Assembly (NCBI GenBank): GCA_000165425.1
Contig: CT868307.1
Location: forward strand, 62,001-126,000
From: Paramecium tetraurelia
Lineage: Eukaryota
Length of the DNA stretch: 64,000 bases
Reading direction: 5' to 3'
In this document: in pieces, positions 12,228 to 26,929 of the stretch
Layout: each line of letters opens with the position of its first letter
Position numbering within the stretch: the stretch's first letter is position 1
Notes under the pieces: model-generated
Databases searched by the model: none
The model's input: only the letters and a program-made list of their open reading frames with translations
Told to the model about the DNA's origin: nothing
Made by a program: the position numbers and the translations under genes

Positions 12228-13190
12228 ATGGCAAATTTGCTAATAGGTTTGACACAATAACTTAAAGTGTTAGAGAAACAATACCCCACAGGGTTGCCTG
12301 CCTTTTATTAGTTGATGTCCAGTTTGACATTCGCACTCCACACATTTAGTATTAAATTTTTTGAAGGAATTCCTGCCAGCTAGATCATAGTTTGGAGGTC
12401 TGTCCTGACCTTGGTTATACTCTAAATCCTAATTTAAATGTTCCCTTGTTAATCATACCCAAAAAGCAAGGGGACTCTGGTAAAGTTGATTGGAAGAGGA
12501 GTTTTCGGAGGCATTGGGTTTATCTCATTCTTTCTTGCTTTAAAATTGACGACTGTGTCTGAAGCAGTGGTGCTGATGAAAACCAATCCTTTGTGGACAA
12601 CCTTATTGGTAGTTTACATTTATAAAACTGAGAGGATGACATGGAGATCGATGATGGAAATACTCTTCTGTCTTTTTGGCGTGGTTCTGATTGCAAAACC
12701 ACCTATTATAATGTCAGTACTAGGTTATGAAACTCATGAATTAGAATTCACTTACTTGTATTTCATAGGACTGTGTCTCTCGTTATTGACGGCATTGACT
12801 ACTTCGATTACATAAGTGCTGATCAGTTCACTTTCGAAAGAGGCTCATCAATTAGTCATATTACAGTATTTTTCATTATTCGGAATAACGATGGCTTCAA
12901 TCTATCAGCTCTATTCCCCATTTGAACAATTTCATTATTTAAGTTTATCAGAAATGGGTTTAATGATAATCAGTGGGTTCTTGGGTTGTTTAGCTTAGTT
13001 GTTTATGAATAGATCAATGATGATAGGAGATGTAACACAGATGTCATTAGTTGGACAATCTCAAATCGTATTCAACATTTTGTTGGATGTCCTCATCATG
13101 AAGCAAAACATAGGAATATTGAGTTCTTTAGGTATATTTCTGATAGCAGCCAGTCTAGTTTCCAATATCTATAAGAAAAAGAAAAAGTGA
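12228..13190 (+). CDS. EamA/DMT (SLC35G-like) transporter, copy 2 (tandem paralogue)
   Basis: LIGRGVFG..SEAVVLMKTNPLWT..GVVLIAKPP, collinear with copy 1. Confidence 0.9.
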
Positions 13191-13324
13191 TCGAAATACT
13201 TTGGATTGTTATTATTAATTTATTTTTGTTTTTCAATAGTATTCATCATTGATTCAATTAATAGAATAAATTTAGTTGTATGGATACATAAATTAATCTT
13301 CTAATTAATGATATTAATAATTGA

Positions 13325-15044
13325 TCATATTTTTCCACTTCTTGTTAATCTTAATGGTTGGGATCTCTACAATAATTGACCAAAGGATTCTATTAAGTTG
13401 AGTTGATGAGTGCTTTGTAAGGTGTCCTCATTTTCAAATCCGAAGTCTTCAAAACATTGTTCTAGACGGAGAATAAGAGTGTCAGCATTTGGTCTATCCT
13501 AAGGATTAAAGGACAGACAATCGGCAATTAATCTCATAAAGTTATCTTCGATATTCTTGTCAGCCAAAGTCTATTAAATCTTCTCGAATGTGCATTCATC
13601 TCTGTACATTTCATCAGTCCACAAGAGAGAAGAATGTTCCACTGGATAGACTCCTTGATTAGCTATTTAATAAACTAGAATTATTATATAAATTAAATGA
13701 TTACATATCATTCCAATCTACCAAATGTCTGAAGTAAAGGTGTAATTGGATTGTCCAGTCTCAGGTGGTTCATAATTAGTAGATGACGTCAGACCAGTGA
13801 GAATTTAGTTACAGAATTCAGGAGTATCATCTAAGGTAGTAGAGTGATCAAAGTCTGCAATTTTCAATTGAGCTCTATCTAGATCCTCGTGACTCAAGAA
13901 CAGATTCGAAGGCTTTAGATCTCTATGCAAGATTCGATGTCTATGTAATTAACGAATAGCTAAAATAAGAGGTAATTGGATACCAAATGCCAATTGACAA
14001 CAGAGATCTTTAATGTTCCTGTCATAAATTTCAGAACTCTCAAATGCCTTCTATAAATCAGTTGGGTACATTTCCATGAATAAGTACAATTGATCCTAAA
14101 TTCTAAAATAAGCAAAATAATAAGCGAAAGGTTCATATTTTCTAAAGTTTTCCATGATCTCCAGTTCTCTCTAAGAACACAATATGAGATAATCCCTGTT
14201 ATCTGCAATGTCTAATTTTGCAGATTTCATTACAGTCCTGTTGCTGATTCCAGGGATGGTCTTCAAGAAATCAGGAGTGTCGAACACATAAACGAATGAA
14301 TTGGCTTTTTCATCAACTATACTTAAATCATTTGTAAATGAAAAGATTTTTTATAAAAATTCCACATAGGGCAGATCTTCAGTGAGACCTATGTTCACAT
14401 CCTGTAATTCTAAGAGATAATCGATGATTTCTTAAAAGTCAGAGCCTTAACACTCTAATCCCATGTTGGAAACTAAAAGTCACTTCTATGAAAATGAATA
14501 CCTAATTCTATGAAACTAAAAAAAGATTCATCAGGAGTGATGACTCTATTGAATTCGAAGTCAATTTATTAAAGACAAACGTGAGAACCAATAATAATGA
14601 CTTTCTCTGGTGTAATCAAGAATGGTAGTTGTCTCTTACACAATTCCTGCAATGCTTATAAATTCGTTATCATCCATACTTATTGCCACCAACGAAGCCA
14701 CGTATATTTTCTCGTCTGAATTCATATGCTCTAAATTGTTCTACAATGAGTATTCCTAGTAATCTGGACCAACCAATGAATTTTCTGGCAAATACAAATC
14801 CAACACAGGCAATAAGTTATACAACTTAATTTTCCTTAGCATCAAAAATCTCTCATTGTTGATTTCGTGTGTTGTGAATCTTCTTATTATATAATTGTAA
14901 TCATTTGTCCTTCTTCTACCTTTGTATTCCTTCCTATCAACTGATTCAAATTACCATAAATTAATCGGTTGTTCTCTTCAATTCTAACTAGAAATAGGAA
15001 TCCTCGAGTCTCTCCTCATTGAATTATGGCACTCGTTATTACAT
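13325..15044 (-). CDS. Tandem pseudokinase plus atypical Ser/Thr kinase
   Basis: C-terminal domain: VMK, RELEIM, HRDLKPSNLFL, KIADFDHS, YMNPPE, SDIWQIG. N-terminal domain is a degenerate kinase (PFLITPEKVII..IDFE). Several small introns. Confidence 0.8.
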
Positions 15045-15135
15045 TTATTTTATTAATGTACTATGTTCAAATAGAATAAACATATAAATATCAAAATAAT
15101 TAAAAATAGATAGAATTATTCAAAAAAGTACATGA

Positions 15136-16464
15136 TCATTAAAACTCTTCATTATCAAAAGAGACACAACTATTTCTATGTGGATTCATCAATAATGATT
15201 ACTCCATTTGTTAAATCAAATTCTCCACTGAACCTAATTCTTTCTTTAGCTCCTCGATCTCTCTCTGTAAATCATTGAATTCCATCAAATTGAATTCCTT
15301 AAATCATCATATAAAAATCTATACCTTTGATTTGACAACCCTCTCCATCTTGTGCTTGATCTCCTTGATTAGAAACTCTCTCTTCTTTTTTACCTCCTAT
15401 AAGTTGATTTCAATTTCTTCATTGATTTATTTAGGCTGTTAAAATTATTATGATTTGATTTCCTTCAATTTTCTAGCAGTAACTGTTTAAAATATATCCT
15501 TAATAATTTACACAGCAGTCCTAAGCTATTTCTCAGGTATCTGATTTAAATAATATTCATCATTTTTGGTTAAGTATTCGTGTACAAATTGTCTTAACTC
15601 TGGGTCATCCAAGAAATCTGTATTCGTTTAAAAATTCTGTTCTGATTGCTTCTTAGAAGACAATGATCGACCTTAATTATCGAACTCTAAGATTGTTGTC
15701 TTCAATTCATCGTTCTCCTGAATTAATTAATCATTCTACTGACTCAACTCATTGTAAGTTTAAGTGAACTCTTAAATAAGCTTATCGCTTTCAAATGACC
15801 TAAGATCCTTTTCTTACTTCAACATCAATTTCAATTCGTTGATCTCCTTCTCTTTCTATTTTAATATCTTTTAGAACTTCTCCTACACTGTTTTCTACTC
15901 TAAAATCTCATTGTCTTTCTCATTCAACTTTTCCTTAAACTCTTAAAGTTAACTCGAGATCTATTTGTATTTCGTTTCATTTTACTTAGCCGACTATATG
16001 TGTTTCTTCAATTCATTTTCCTAACTACTCTCAATAACACAATAATTACTCTAAACACTTTTATTATAATTGAGTACAATTTCGATCAGTATCGCATTTC
16101 TTCGTCCTCTGCTTCTCTTATTCCTCCTTCAATTAATCATATCTCTTAGTGATCGCTCTTAGATTATCCTCCAAATTATAAATCCTTTAAAACAGTTGTT
16201 CCCTTGATTCTTAACGAAATGGTGAAGTATTCTCATAATATGGAAATTGAGGCTATAGATTTTGGTTTATGGTTTGCTGGACCTAAGGGTATCCCACATT
16301 GTATTTAATTGGGGTCATCTACTGTTTGTCGCTATGCTAATAGAAAATAAACTAATCTATTGTACACTGTATCCTTTGAAAGGTGATGTGTTAATCGCTT
16401 TTTCAGGTGTTTTAGTTACATAAGTGGATGGAGTTTATATCAGTTTTAGAGGTTGTTTTTGCAT
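15136..16464 (-). CDS. Coiled-coil protein
   Basis: MQKQPLKLIQTPS.. followed by a long E/K/Q heptad-rich frame ending ..SFDNEEFQ*. Introns inferred. Confidence 0.7.
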
Positions 16465-16796
16465 TAACGAATAATAACAATTAATTTTTATATATAAATT
16501 GATTTGTTTGGTAGTTGATTTTTGTTTAACACAGATTAACTTACCATGCATAGAGATGTTCAATTATGAATAATATTTATCGATTATATCAAAAATTGAT
16601 CTAATTATCACAAATATATCAATAACTATTGTAGTAAGTTTAATAAAATAAGTAAAAGCTATCTTAAAGTATGTAAATAAAAATAATATAATATACAAAC
16701 TATTCTTTCATCTTAACCTTATTTTAGAAATATTAAAATTAGACACAAAGAAATTTAAATAGTGAAAAATTAATATTCATAATTATTATTTTTCAA

Positions 16797-19700
16797 ATGA
16801 ATTTACTTGAAAAGATCACTTATATCATAACAAGATTACTTTTCTTTTAGATTAGATGTTTTGCAATTACTCTAAATGATTCATTACCAATTTAAAAGTA
16901 TAATCTCCTTGAAAATGAGAAGATTTTCTCTCACTATCAGATTGGTGCATTCCCTCTTGATAATCAAACTTAACAAGATTATACAGATATTGAGTTTCCA
17001 TTAATAGATTACAAACAAACAATAAAAACTGGAAGCCTTATGGTGAAAAATGTGCAACCTATTAATATTAATGATTAAGAGTTAGCTATTATGACTATTA
17101 TTGATGATGAAATGATCTGCTTATTACAATTAAATACATATTCAGTTAATGATGAATTAAGATATTTAAATTGTTCGATTAGATTTAAATTTGAGTCAAA
17201 CCATTGTTTCTAGGTCTATTAAATTTCTAATGATTAATTATTAATAATATGTTAAAAGGATGCTAACACAATATATCTTTATTTATAGAATTTTGATAAT
17301 TAAGTAATCAATTAGTATGAACTCAGCATTATATAGAATTGCAAAGTTAACTCAGCGTTTTAAGACTCATTCATAATTATTTATTAATCAGATTGTATAG
17401 ATTCTAGGGATTATACTGATTGCTAGTAAACAGAATTAGTTATCCTAAAGATTGAGGAAGGTTAAATTAAGTCCTATTATAAAAAATAATTAGCATAAAT
17501 ATCAGCAACTAAAAATATAGATATCGAAAAAACCGGAAAATTAAGAGAAATTTAAATTTGCTTTACCAAAAATCTAGTTTTTGTATTTACCAAAGGAGTT
17601 TACTATTGTAACGTCTTCAATTAGGATTAATGTTATTAAATTAAATCTATCTATTAATATTCAACAATTGTCAAAGTATATAATTCTTGTTCTAAAAGTA
17701 ATGTTTTAGAATATACAGATAAAGGAGAATGTATTTTAATTAAATAATTTAGGGTATTTTAAAAGATTTCTAATTGATTTAAATAACTTAAATTATAAAG
17801 ATTATGTAAATTCAGGGATAATCTAAAATAAGTTGCTAGTCTTTTCAAAGGATGACTTATATATCATCGCTAGTTCTAGGATCTACAATAAAAGGAAAAT
17901 TTAAGTTCAAACTACTATCCCAATTGCTAATTTATCTTATTTCGCATTATTAGATGTAGAAGGGAAATTGCAAATTTATTAAATGAATTATTAAAGGTAT
18001 TACTATACTTATTCTCGCTAATTATAATTGATAGCTTTCCTGCCAAATAGCTTCTATGAAGTGAACACTAATTTGATAATTATTTAGATGGAAAAGTATG
18101 ACTCATAAAACCCTCCATTTTTAATTGGAGATAAGGAAATAGAGATTTATCATAGAAATTTCGAAACTAATTTAAGTATAAACAGAAATTAAATTTAAAG
18201 ATCTATTCCTTTTTAGATATTGAAAATTGAAAGAAATGGTAGGTTTGTGAATTATTAATAGTAAACAAGAGGATTTTAATGTAAATATAACAATAAAGTA
18301 ACTTACATTAATTTGTGGTTTTTTGAAAAAATGGATCTTCTTCAAATCTTAATTCTTGAATTAAAATCGACAATATAAATAAATGTCTGCTCTTAAGGAA
18401 GGCTAATGAATCATTTTGCAATACCTTTGCATTAAAATTTTATAGGCATAGTTGTTAATGAAGAGTATCTATAACTATTGATAGTTTATTAAAATGAACT
18501 TAATCTGTATTAGTTAATTGATATGGAACTAGTTAGTAGGTAAATCAGATTAGAAGAGAAGATTATTAAAATTTTGAATAATAAAAAATCAATCTCATTA
18601 ATTTTGGATGATTGTAAGATTATTTTATTATCATCCGACTCTATAAACTCATATATAGAATATTTTTAATATAATGGTGATAATTGTACTGAAATTTAAT
18701 TTTTAGCCGATAAATAACTTACAATAACTCATGACTAAATTATAAAGTACAACAGCGAAAAGATCATTTAAATAATAAATTTACCGTATAAGGTATTTCA
18801 AGTGAGTTTTTGTGATAATTTATAACCGTCATTCTTTTTAATATTTTATGAGCTTTAACAAATGGTTAATATATCCTTATTCTTTGATTACTAAGAAAAA
18901 GTAGAAAAACTTTACGATTTGCCATTGCATAATTTTTAAATAAAAATACCACTCAACTATTAATATCAAAATTCTTATTTGATGATATTAGCATATAATA
19001 ATGAATTCGATGACGTTTTATTGATTTATAATTGTAGGGAAACTTCAATTGAATCTTTAGTGTGGATTACATAATTAGATCAAAACGAGAAGTAATTCTT
19101 TGGATTTATCAATTCAAATCTAGACTTTTTTTACATAAAAAATAAGTCTATTGTTATTCAAAATATAAATCACATCCAAATCATTCTTGAAGAGTATGAA
19201 AACAATTTTTAAAGCTTTATTCCCTTCTTAACCTTTAATTTTATTTTAGAATCATAATTGTAACACATAAAAAAATAAGCAAATATTGAAGTTAAGTAAT
19301 ATTTTATTAATAGCAATTAATCCTTGGCTCTTTTAAAAGAGGATTTCATTGAAATTGATTCAAAAGGATACATAAACCTTATCAATATCTATGGAATAAT
19401 CAATTATATTGCGATTCTTGAGAATTCAGAATAAGGAATAATACATCCCTTAACTCTCTCTAATCCAAATGAAATATTAGAATGTCTATCCTACAGTAAT
19501 AATTTGTGTTTACAATCTGATTCTGTTTTTATGTTGAGATACTAAGAATAAATCTTAAAGCTTTAACTTGATAAGGCTATAATGAATGATTGCTTAATCT
19601 TTTTTGATAAACAGTTAGATATATATAGTATAATTGAACTGTAGGATTTTTAAGGCTGGATATCAATTAGCATAACCAAACTTAAATTTGAAATATTGCA

Positions 19701-20679
19701 AACTAAAGGGTAAGTATCAATAAATAAAACTCTTGAACAAACTTCAATTATTTTAATGGCATAAGTTGTTCAAATCTTAAATGTTGAAGGTCTAATTATT
19801 CTTATTTAAGATTACATTGATGGCTATCTAGTTATGGAAGGATAATATCATTCTTAAAAAATAGAATTTAGGCTAAGTTTTCCTTATTTTACATGTGATA
19901 CATTCTTCATCACAAATGGTACATACTTCTTTATGGCTGGAAATAATTAATATCTCCAATTAAAAGTATTTTCCTTTAAAAATATCGATTAAAATTTAAC
20001 ATGTTAAACTCTTTTTAGTTAAGAATTAGAGATGTCATAGATTATGACAGAGCTACATTTTTCTGAATTGCAATTAGAATTAAGCATTATAAAAATTTTA
20101 GCAGTTGATTTTGATAGTCATTCACTTAAATTTTAAGCAATACTATTCCTTACAGATTTTTTTGCCTTTTCTTTTTCACTTCATTATAATATTGATTAAT
20201 AAATTGTAATGGAAATGTAAATTTAATCACTCTTCAGATATTCTAATTAATCGAAATTTAATAATATGATATATCTTGATTAGAATTTCATAATTATAAA
20301 GGTGTCAAATACATCAAGTTCTTCATTATTGATTTACGATTTAAATTTAACCTCATAAAAGAAAGAACTTGATGCAATCTAATTAATTCCGGATTAAACT
20401 TATACTTTAATTGAAAAGTTCAATGAGACACATCACGTAATTCTTTAACATGATAAAGATATTCTATAAGTTCAATTCATTTAGTTGTCAAAATATTAAA
20501 TTAAGTGTTTTAATCAATGTAATTTTGCAATGACATTACAATTATAAAATGATTGTTCAAGTATCATAGTTAAAGCTAAATAATAAAATGATATGGCTTT
20601 AGTAAATTATAATTATATTATTATTTTATTGATTTGTTTTCTATGCATTATTAAAACAACTTTACATAGAAAACATTGA
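16797..20679 (+). CDS. Large (~1290 aa) secreted/single-pass membrane protein of Paramecium type
   Basis: Signal-like N-terminus, I/N/F/Y/Q-rich beta-type body, C-terminal TM NYIIILLICFLCII. A 22-nt intron (~17732-17753) restores the frame. Middle part not read codon by codon. Confidence 0.7.
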
Positions 20680-20864
20680 AAATAAGAAAGAGTGTGTATA
20701 ACATTGATTAACTTATATATCATTTATTATCGTTATAACTTTCTTAGGAGTATTAAAATTTTAAACATTTAATTTATTGATCATATTTTATTTAGAAAAT
20801 GGGTTAAATTTAAATTAAATTCATAATATCTTTAAATTCAATTTTATCATACAAAATAAGGCTA

Positions 20865-23800
20865 TCATTTGATTTAATGACGGAATCTTCTATTTTTAAA
20901 GGTTTTCAAGAATAGAATTAAGAGTATCAAATTGACTAAATTAATAAGAGAAATTCGCATGTTTGAAAAATTTATAATATCATTTCTATCGAAACTAGGA
21001 TAAAACACTAATGTTAAAGTAGATACTGAATTATTTAATTTAATAGTTTCAATTGTTTATTTAAATGGATTTTAGGGTTGAAATTAATATCCTTAAAATT
21101 GTACAAAACTCAGTTGTTAAGTAGTATTTACACTTTTTATTTAAACAAAATGTGATTCATTAAAATATTCTATAGTTGTATTTTGTTCTACATATTGATA
21201 GAGACTATCAAGAACCTTTATAGAAGATAAATTATAAAAATATATGACAGTTTCTTCATCCATAAGCAAGGATAAGATTAAGGTGTTTTAATTTGCTAAG
21301 CAATACTATAATTACCCTTTATTATGTTAATACCGAATAAAATTGATTATATGGCTATGCATTAAACTTTGTTAAAAATCTATAATTAAATTGATTCTAA
21401 AGCAATTTTATGCTATGAAACATATAATGATATTTGTTTCAAATATCATATAATTTAAAGTGTGATTTAGAATTAATAATGAATTTACATGTAAAAAACC
21501 CAAAGAAAAGTACTCCGTAATCATTTAGGATATGTCAATTTCTAAAGTCTTGTCATTACTGTAATTTTAAGTTAACAATACAACATGAATGAGATGATTA
21601 ATTTTATTATCATAGCAAAATATTACATAATGATTTTTTACATATATAACTTATACAATCTAAAAGTCAATACGATCTTTATATGAGAATTGTTTGAGAT
21701 CATTTTCTTAAAATAGTAGAATTTAATATTGTTTTTTATTCATGATTTTGATTATGGCAATATTTTCTATGAAAATTATACTTTAAATTCTATCTGCATA
21801 AAAATCAATTTAAAGACTTTATTAATATTATGATTTCTTGTTCAGTTAAATTTGATTTACCTCATATTTTTCCAAAAACATTCCAGAAGCCAGACAAAAA
21901 ATTTCTTACATGCTGGATAAGTCTTTTATAAAAACTAAGTCTTTGCATGACTGGGGGAGTTTTATCATGATTTGATTCACAGAATTGAATAATATTACAT
22001 CTGTATCTTTATAACAAGCCTGATTAGAATAGAATCCACACTCAAGAAATGGAGTTATAACAATAGGAACTAATTTTTGAAAGTCATTCTCTCTAAGCAA
22101 ATATACATTATCAATTTAATTAAATACATTTTCAAAATTTATTTTGTTTATTTATTTCTGCTTGTGATAGTGTTATAGAAATGGAATTTTATTATCTTTT
22201 ATTTTTAAGGTGTAATTGAAATGAGATATTACAATATCGAATTAAACTATTTTAGACAAATTAAATATATCGGTTTTAGCTTCTAAATAATTTAATTCAT
22301 GTTTAAAGTCAGTATCAAAATCTAAATATTGATCAGTAAATTTTAGAAAAACTTATTTTAAATAAGTAACCATTAGAGATGAGTTATAAATAGAAACAAT
22401 TTGATGAACATTTAAAAAAGTGAAGTAATATTAATTTTGGTCGATATTAATTACTTTTATCAATATACTAATTAGTTAATTATTGAGATTATAGACAAGA
22501 AGAACTTCCTGTTAATTACTAGGATTTTTGGCAGCTATGGCTAATTAATCCCAAAATATTTCATATCTTAGAGGATATATAATTGTGAAATCATACAAAG
22601 GGAGGTTAAAAAAAAAGTATAAATCTTAAAACTATATGCTATACAGTTTTAGAACAATCTTTTTTTCAATTACTTCGAAAATGACTAGCCTTTCCTAGTT
22701 TACAAAATAGATATAGTCAATGATCTAATCAAAATTGAATATAACTTTATTTGAAAAATAAGGTAAAATTTCAATTTCTTTATTAGATATTCTGATTTCC
22801 TGTTGATCAAATGGTTTAAATTTACAACCAAATTAAAGTGAATTGTTTATTTCTTCATATTTTAAAATATCTATTTGAATAAAGATCTCAAGGCAATCCT
22901 ATAAATAAATACTAACAACTTGATTATTTTATATTATTTTATTGATCTCTTTAGTTATCCTTAGAGACCACTTCAATTCTATGATTTTATCATAATGAAA
23001 TGCTTTTATGATGTTTTTAGATATTATTATGAAGTTTTGTTATTCGATACAAAACCTGATTTACGAGTTTTCATAATAATCACTTGGTTTTATTTGATAA
23101 CTTATTGCATTTTTACTATTAATTATAGATATTGCTTTTTTGTTAACTACAAAAATTGTATTATCATTAATACTATGTTCTATTAAAAAAACTTCCTATC
23201 CCCAAACCATATCTTTATATTAATTTATAAAAAAATGGTTCTTTGCTAATACTAAACTACTGTTTTGCTATTGTTTGAGTGTAATTGAAAAAGGTAATCC
23301 TTATTGCATTTAGAAAATATTAAAAAGATAATATCCATCCTGATTGACGTATATGGTTTCAAATTTTACTGTCTAAATTAAAAAATAAGGAGCTGATTAC
23401 TTTATTATTTTTACAATAATCGGCTCTTATGAGACCTTGAATTATTGAACATAAAAAGCCAATATATTTTACTATTTTGTTTAAGGTATGTATCTAAGCA
23501 TATTGTTAATTCTTAGGAATTCTAAATCTCTTTATTATTTAAAACTTATTATAAAAGGTAATTATCCTAAAAATAGAATTTAGGTGTTGTTTTTCACTTC
23601 ATATTTTAGTGAGATTATATCATTGTTATAAATGTATAAGGACTCATTACAATAAATGATAATATTTTCATTAATAAAATTAATTGAGAGCACTTTTTCG
23701 CCTTTTGGATTAAAGTATACTATATTTTCAGATATAAATATTTCAAATTAACTACTTTAATCAATAATTACAAAATAATCCCTCTTTAAGTAAAAAAAAG

Positions 23801-24611
23801 AACCAATATACTTATAATTTCCAACCAAATTGTGTAAAATCAATTCAATCTTTCCAGAATTTAAGTAATAATCAAAGATCTTCTACTGACAAAATATTCT
23901 TAATTAATCACTATTTTTTATTTGGATTGAGTTGATTTCACCAATTATATCGTTATCAAAATTACTCAAATTAAAGTAGTGTTTTTTCATTGTTAATTTT
24001 ACTTTTTAAATTTCTACAATATAACAAAAAAATAATAAATTTGTAGTTTCGATTAAGATTAATTTATTATCAACTTCCTAAGAATAGAAAATAGTATTGA
24101 ATTATGATGTGATCTCTAAAATATCTAATAGTTAGTTATGTAAGTCTATTAGTTTGAAAATTTAAATATTTTGATTCCTACATTCTAATATAAACAAATT
24201 CTGTACAATATTATATAAGTTTTAACAATTTTTTTGGCTAAAATTAAAAAAGTCATTCTAAAATTTAATTAATTAATTATTGGATAAATAATTCATAATT
24301 TTGTAATTACATTCTATAGTAGATGCTTTAACTAAGCAAATATAAATCTCATTCTATTCATAATTTATAAAAGTCGTAACTTTTGAAACACCTTCAGTTA
24401 AAGTATAATGATGGTCACGTTCAATCAAGTTATTTGATATTTTAGAAATAACATTCGAAAACCTTGGATTCGTAATTGAATTATTTTCTGAAATCTGCGA
24501 TTCTATTATTAATACTCTCCTTGATAAGTAATAATTTTCATTCTCAGTCATTATAATCTCTCTTATTGCTTTTGTTAAAATAAAGCAAGAGAAAATAATA
24601 ATATTCCACAT
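20865..24611 (-). CDS. Large (~1250 aa) secreted/single-pass membrane protein, same type as its convergent neighbour
   Basis: MWNIIIFSCFILTKAIREIIMTENENYY.. to TM ISLINLVNLILLILFL-KTFKNRRFRHQIK*. Start and stop are in the same frame. Confidence 0.7.
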
Positions 24612-24771
24612 TATTAAATAACTTAAAAATATAAATTAATTATAATACTAATATAAATAAACCTTCAAATTTCATACTTCAATTATCAATTATAATGGTT
24701 ATAATAATTATCATATAATATTTATTATAATTAGTTTATATTATTGGAATTATTCTACATGAATTATTTAA

Positions 24772-26929
24772 TCAGAATTTTTAATCTAATTCATTCAATA
24801 AATTTAGACATGTTTTCAAACTAATTAATGTTTATTTTGTCTCTTTTCTGGATTTCTAAATAAATTGATTTTCTTGCAGTAATTCATCAACAGAATCCGA
24901 TTTGTATAATACCCCAATCAATTCTCTCTCGCATAGATTTCTTGATTGATTTACAAGAAATGTAATTATAGTTTTTGGAATAGAATCACAAATATTCTTC
25001 TTTACTAAATTGAAATATGAGACGATAAGGTCTTTAATCATATCCATCTCTGTTTATTCTCTTTTACTTGGTCTATCATTTAATTTAATAACATTTGGAA
25101 CACAAGGCAATTATCTTTTTGGATCGTTAACGTAATACTATTAATTAACATAGGCAATTTTATTTATCACTGATTATTATTGTAATATTTAACTTTCATC
25201 TATCTATTCCAGCTTTTTTGGTTTTAAAGTATTCTATTTCCTTTTATTGTTTAAAATATCGAGTTTACTATCGTACAATTCTGTTTGCTTATTATTTTTA
25301 AATGGCCAAAAATTTAAAAATTTACCAGATTCACTTTCACTCTAAACAGGTGATTTTTCTCTTATAATTTATTATGGTTATTATCTTTATTCCTCTCTAT
25401 TAACTAAATCCATTCCAGATACAAAATCTGGGTGACTAGTATTAATATATCCAATCTCAATTTCTAATAGATTTTAAATTATTTCATCTGTTTGAATTAA
25501 ACATTTATTTAAGAGATTTTCAATAACTTCTTAAATTCTATTGGATAATACATCAAACCTTTCAATTTCAGGTATTGAAATTTGATTGATTACTCTTCTT
25601 AATTCTTCAAAAATTATATGAGAACATTCAATGGAAGGCATGCGTAATCTTTAGATTTATTGTCTAACCAATAACTCAAATGCTCCTTAAGGAACAAATA
25701 AACTAGGTCTAATTCCATTAGCATTTTTGATAGCTGTTCTTATTTCATCATCGCTTAACACATCAAATGGATTCATTTTTTAAATTGTTCTTCTGAAGGT
25801 TTCGTTAAATACATAAATTATTCTTGATCCACCAATCAACTCTTTACTGGTGATATCTAAGCATCTTCCTTCCAACATATCCTTATAAGAGTTGGAAAAC
25901 TTAGAAATTAAGGTTAATACTAATAAATTCTTTGTTTCTTTAGATTCAAGATTGTCGTAATCACCATATTGTTTTAATTCATATTCCTTCATCTAAGCCA
26001 AACTTATTATTGTCTCCCTTATTACAGGTAGTGCTCTCTTAATATGTTAGATAAAATTCATATTTAAGGTCTTTACCAAATAGCCAATACCCATCTTCTC
26101 TGAGTATTTCTTATATATTTTGTGACTCTCAAAAAATTCTTTCTCGTCCTTCAATTAATTTTAAATTGTTTTATTTTTTTGTATGTCCTTCTACCCTCTC
26201 ATGATTACACCAACATAACCTAATTGCAAAGGATAAGTCTGATTGAGCAAATCATTCAATATATCAGATCCTTCATCCATTAAATCTAATTGAGTGATTA
26301 CACCTATTGTTCTTAAACCATTAGGATCTACACTTCTAGCCAATTTTAACCCATCTGATGTTGCCAAATCATCTGAAGCCTTTGAAACTGCTAAAATCAA
26401 ACTATTCTAGTTTTTAATGAAGGGCAAAACAATATCCAAAACCTTTTATTCTATGTCTTAGGGTTAATCTCCAACAGGATTCTTTGTAATTCCTGGTAAA
26501 TCAATCAATTGTAAATTTAAGATATCCTTTGAGAAATATTTCACCTTTATGGCAACTGGGGATATCCCTTTGTTCTTTCCAGCCACTTTGTCCGTCTCCT
26601 ATTCAATTAATTTTCTGATCTCATCTGACTCAAAAATTTTCTCCCCTCTCTTGTCCATAAACTCAAACCAACTCTATTCAGCATCAATAACTTAATGCAA
26701 TTATATCTCTATCGGTCTCCTTGTTACAATTCCTTTTCCTCTTGGTAGAAATTCTCTCCCCACAATACTTTCAAGAAGAGATGATTTTCCGACAGATTAG
26801 GATCCTATCACTACAATTGATGGCAAATTCAACTCATTACTCAAACCAGCTGAACTTAATATATCCTTGTTGATATCGATATATGAATAGTACATGTAAA
26901 TCATTTATAAAGGGGATCAATTTCTCCAT
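24772..26929 (-). CDS. Dynamin-related GTPase (DRP1/Vps1 type, no PH domain)
   Basis: [84 protein letters not shown]. One 28-nt intron near the start. Confidence 0.95.
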
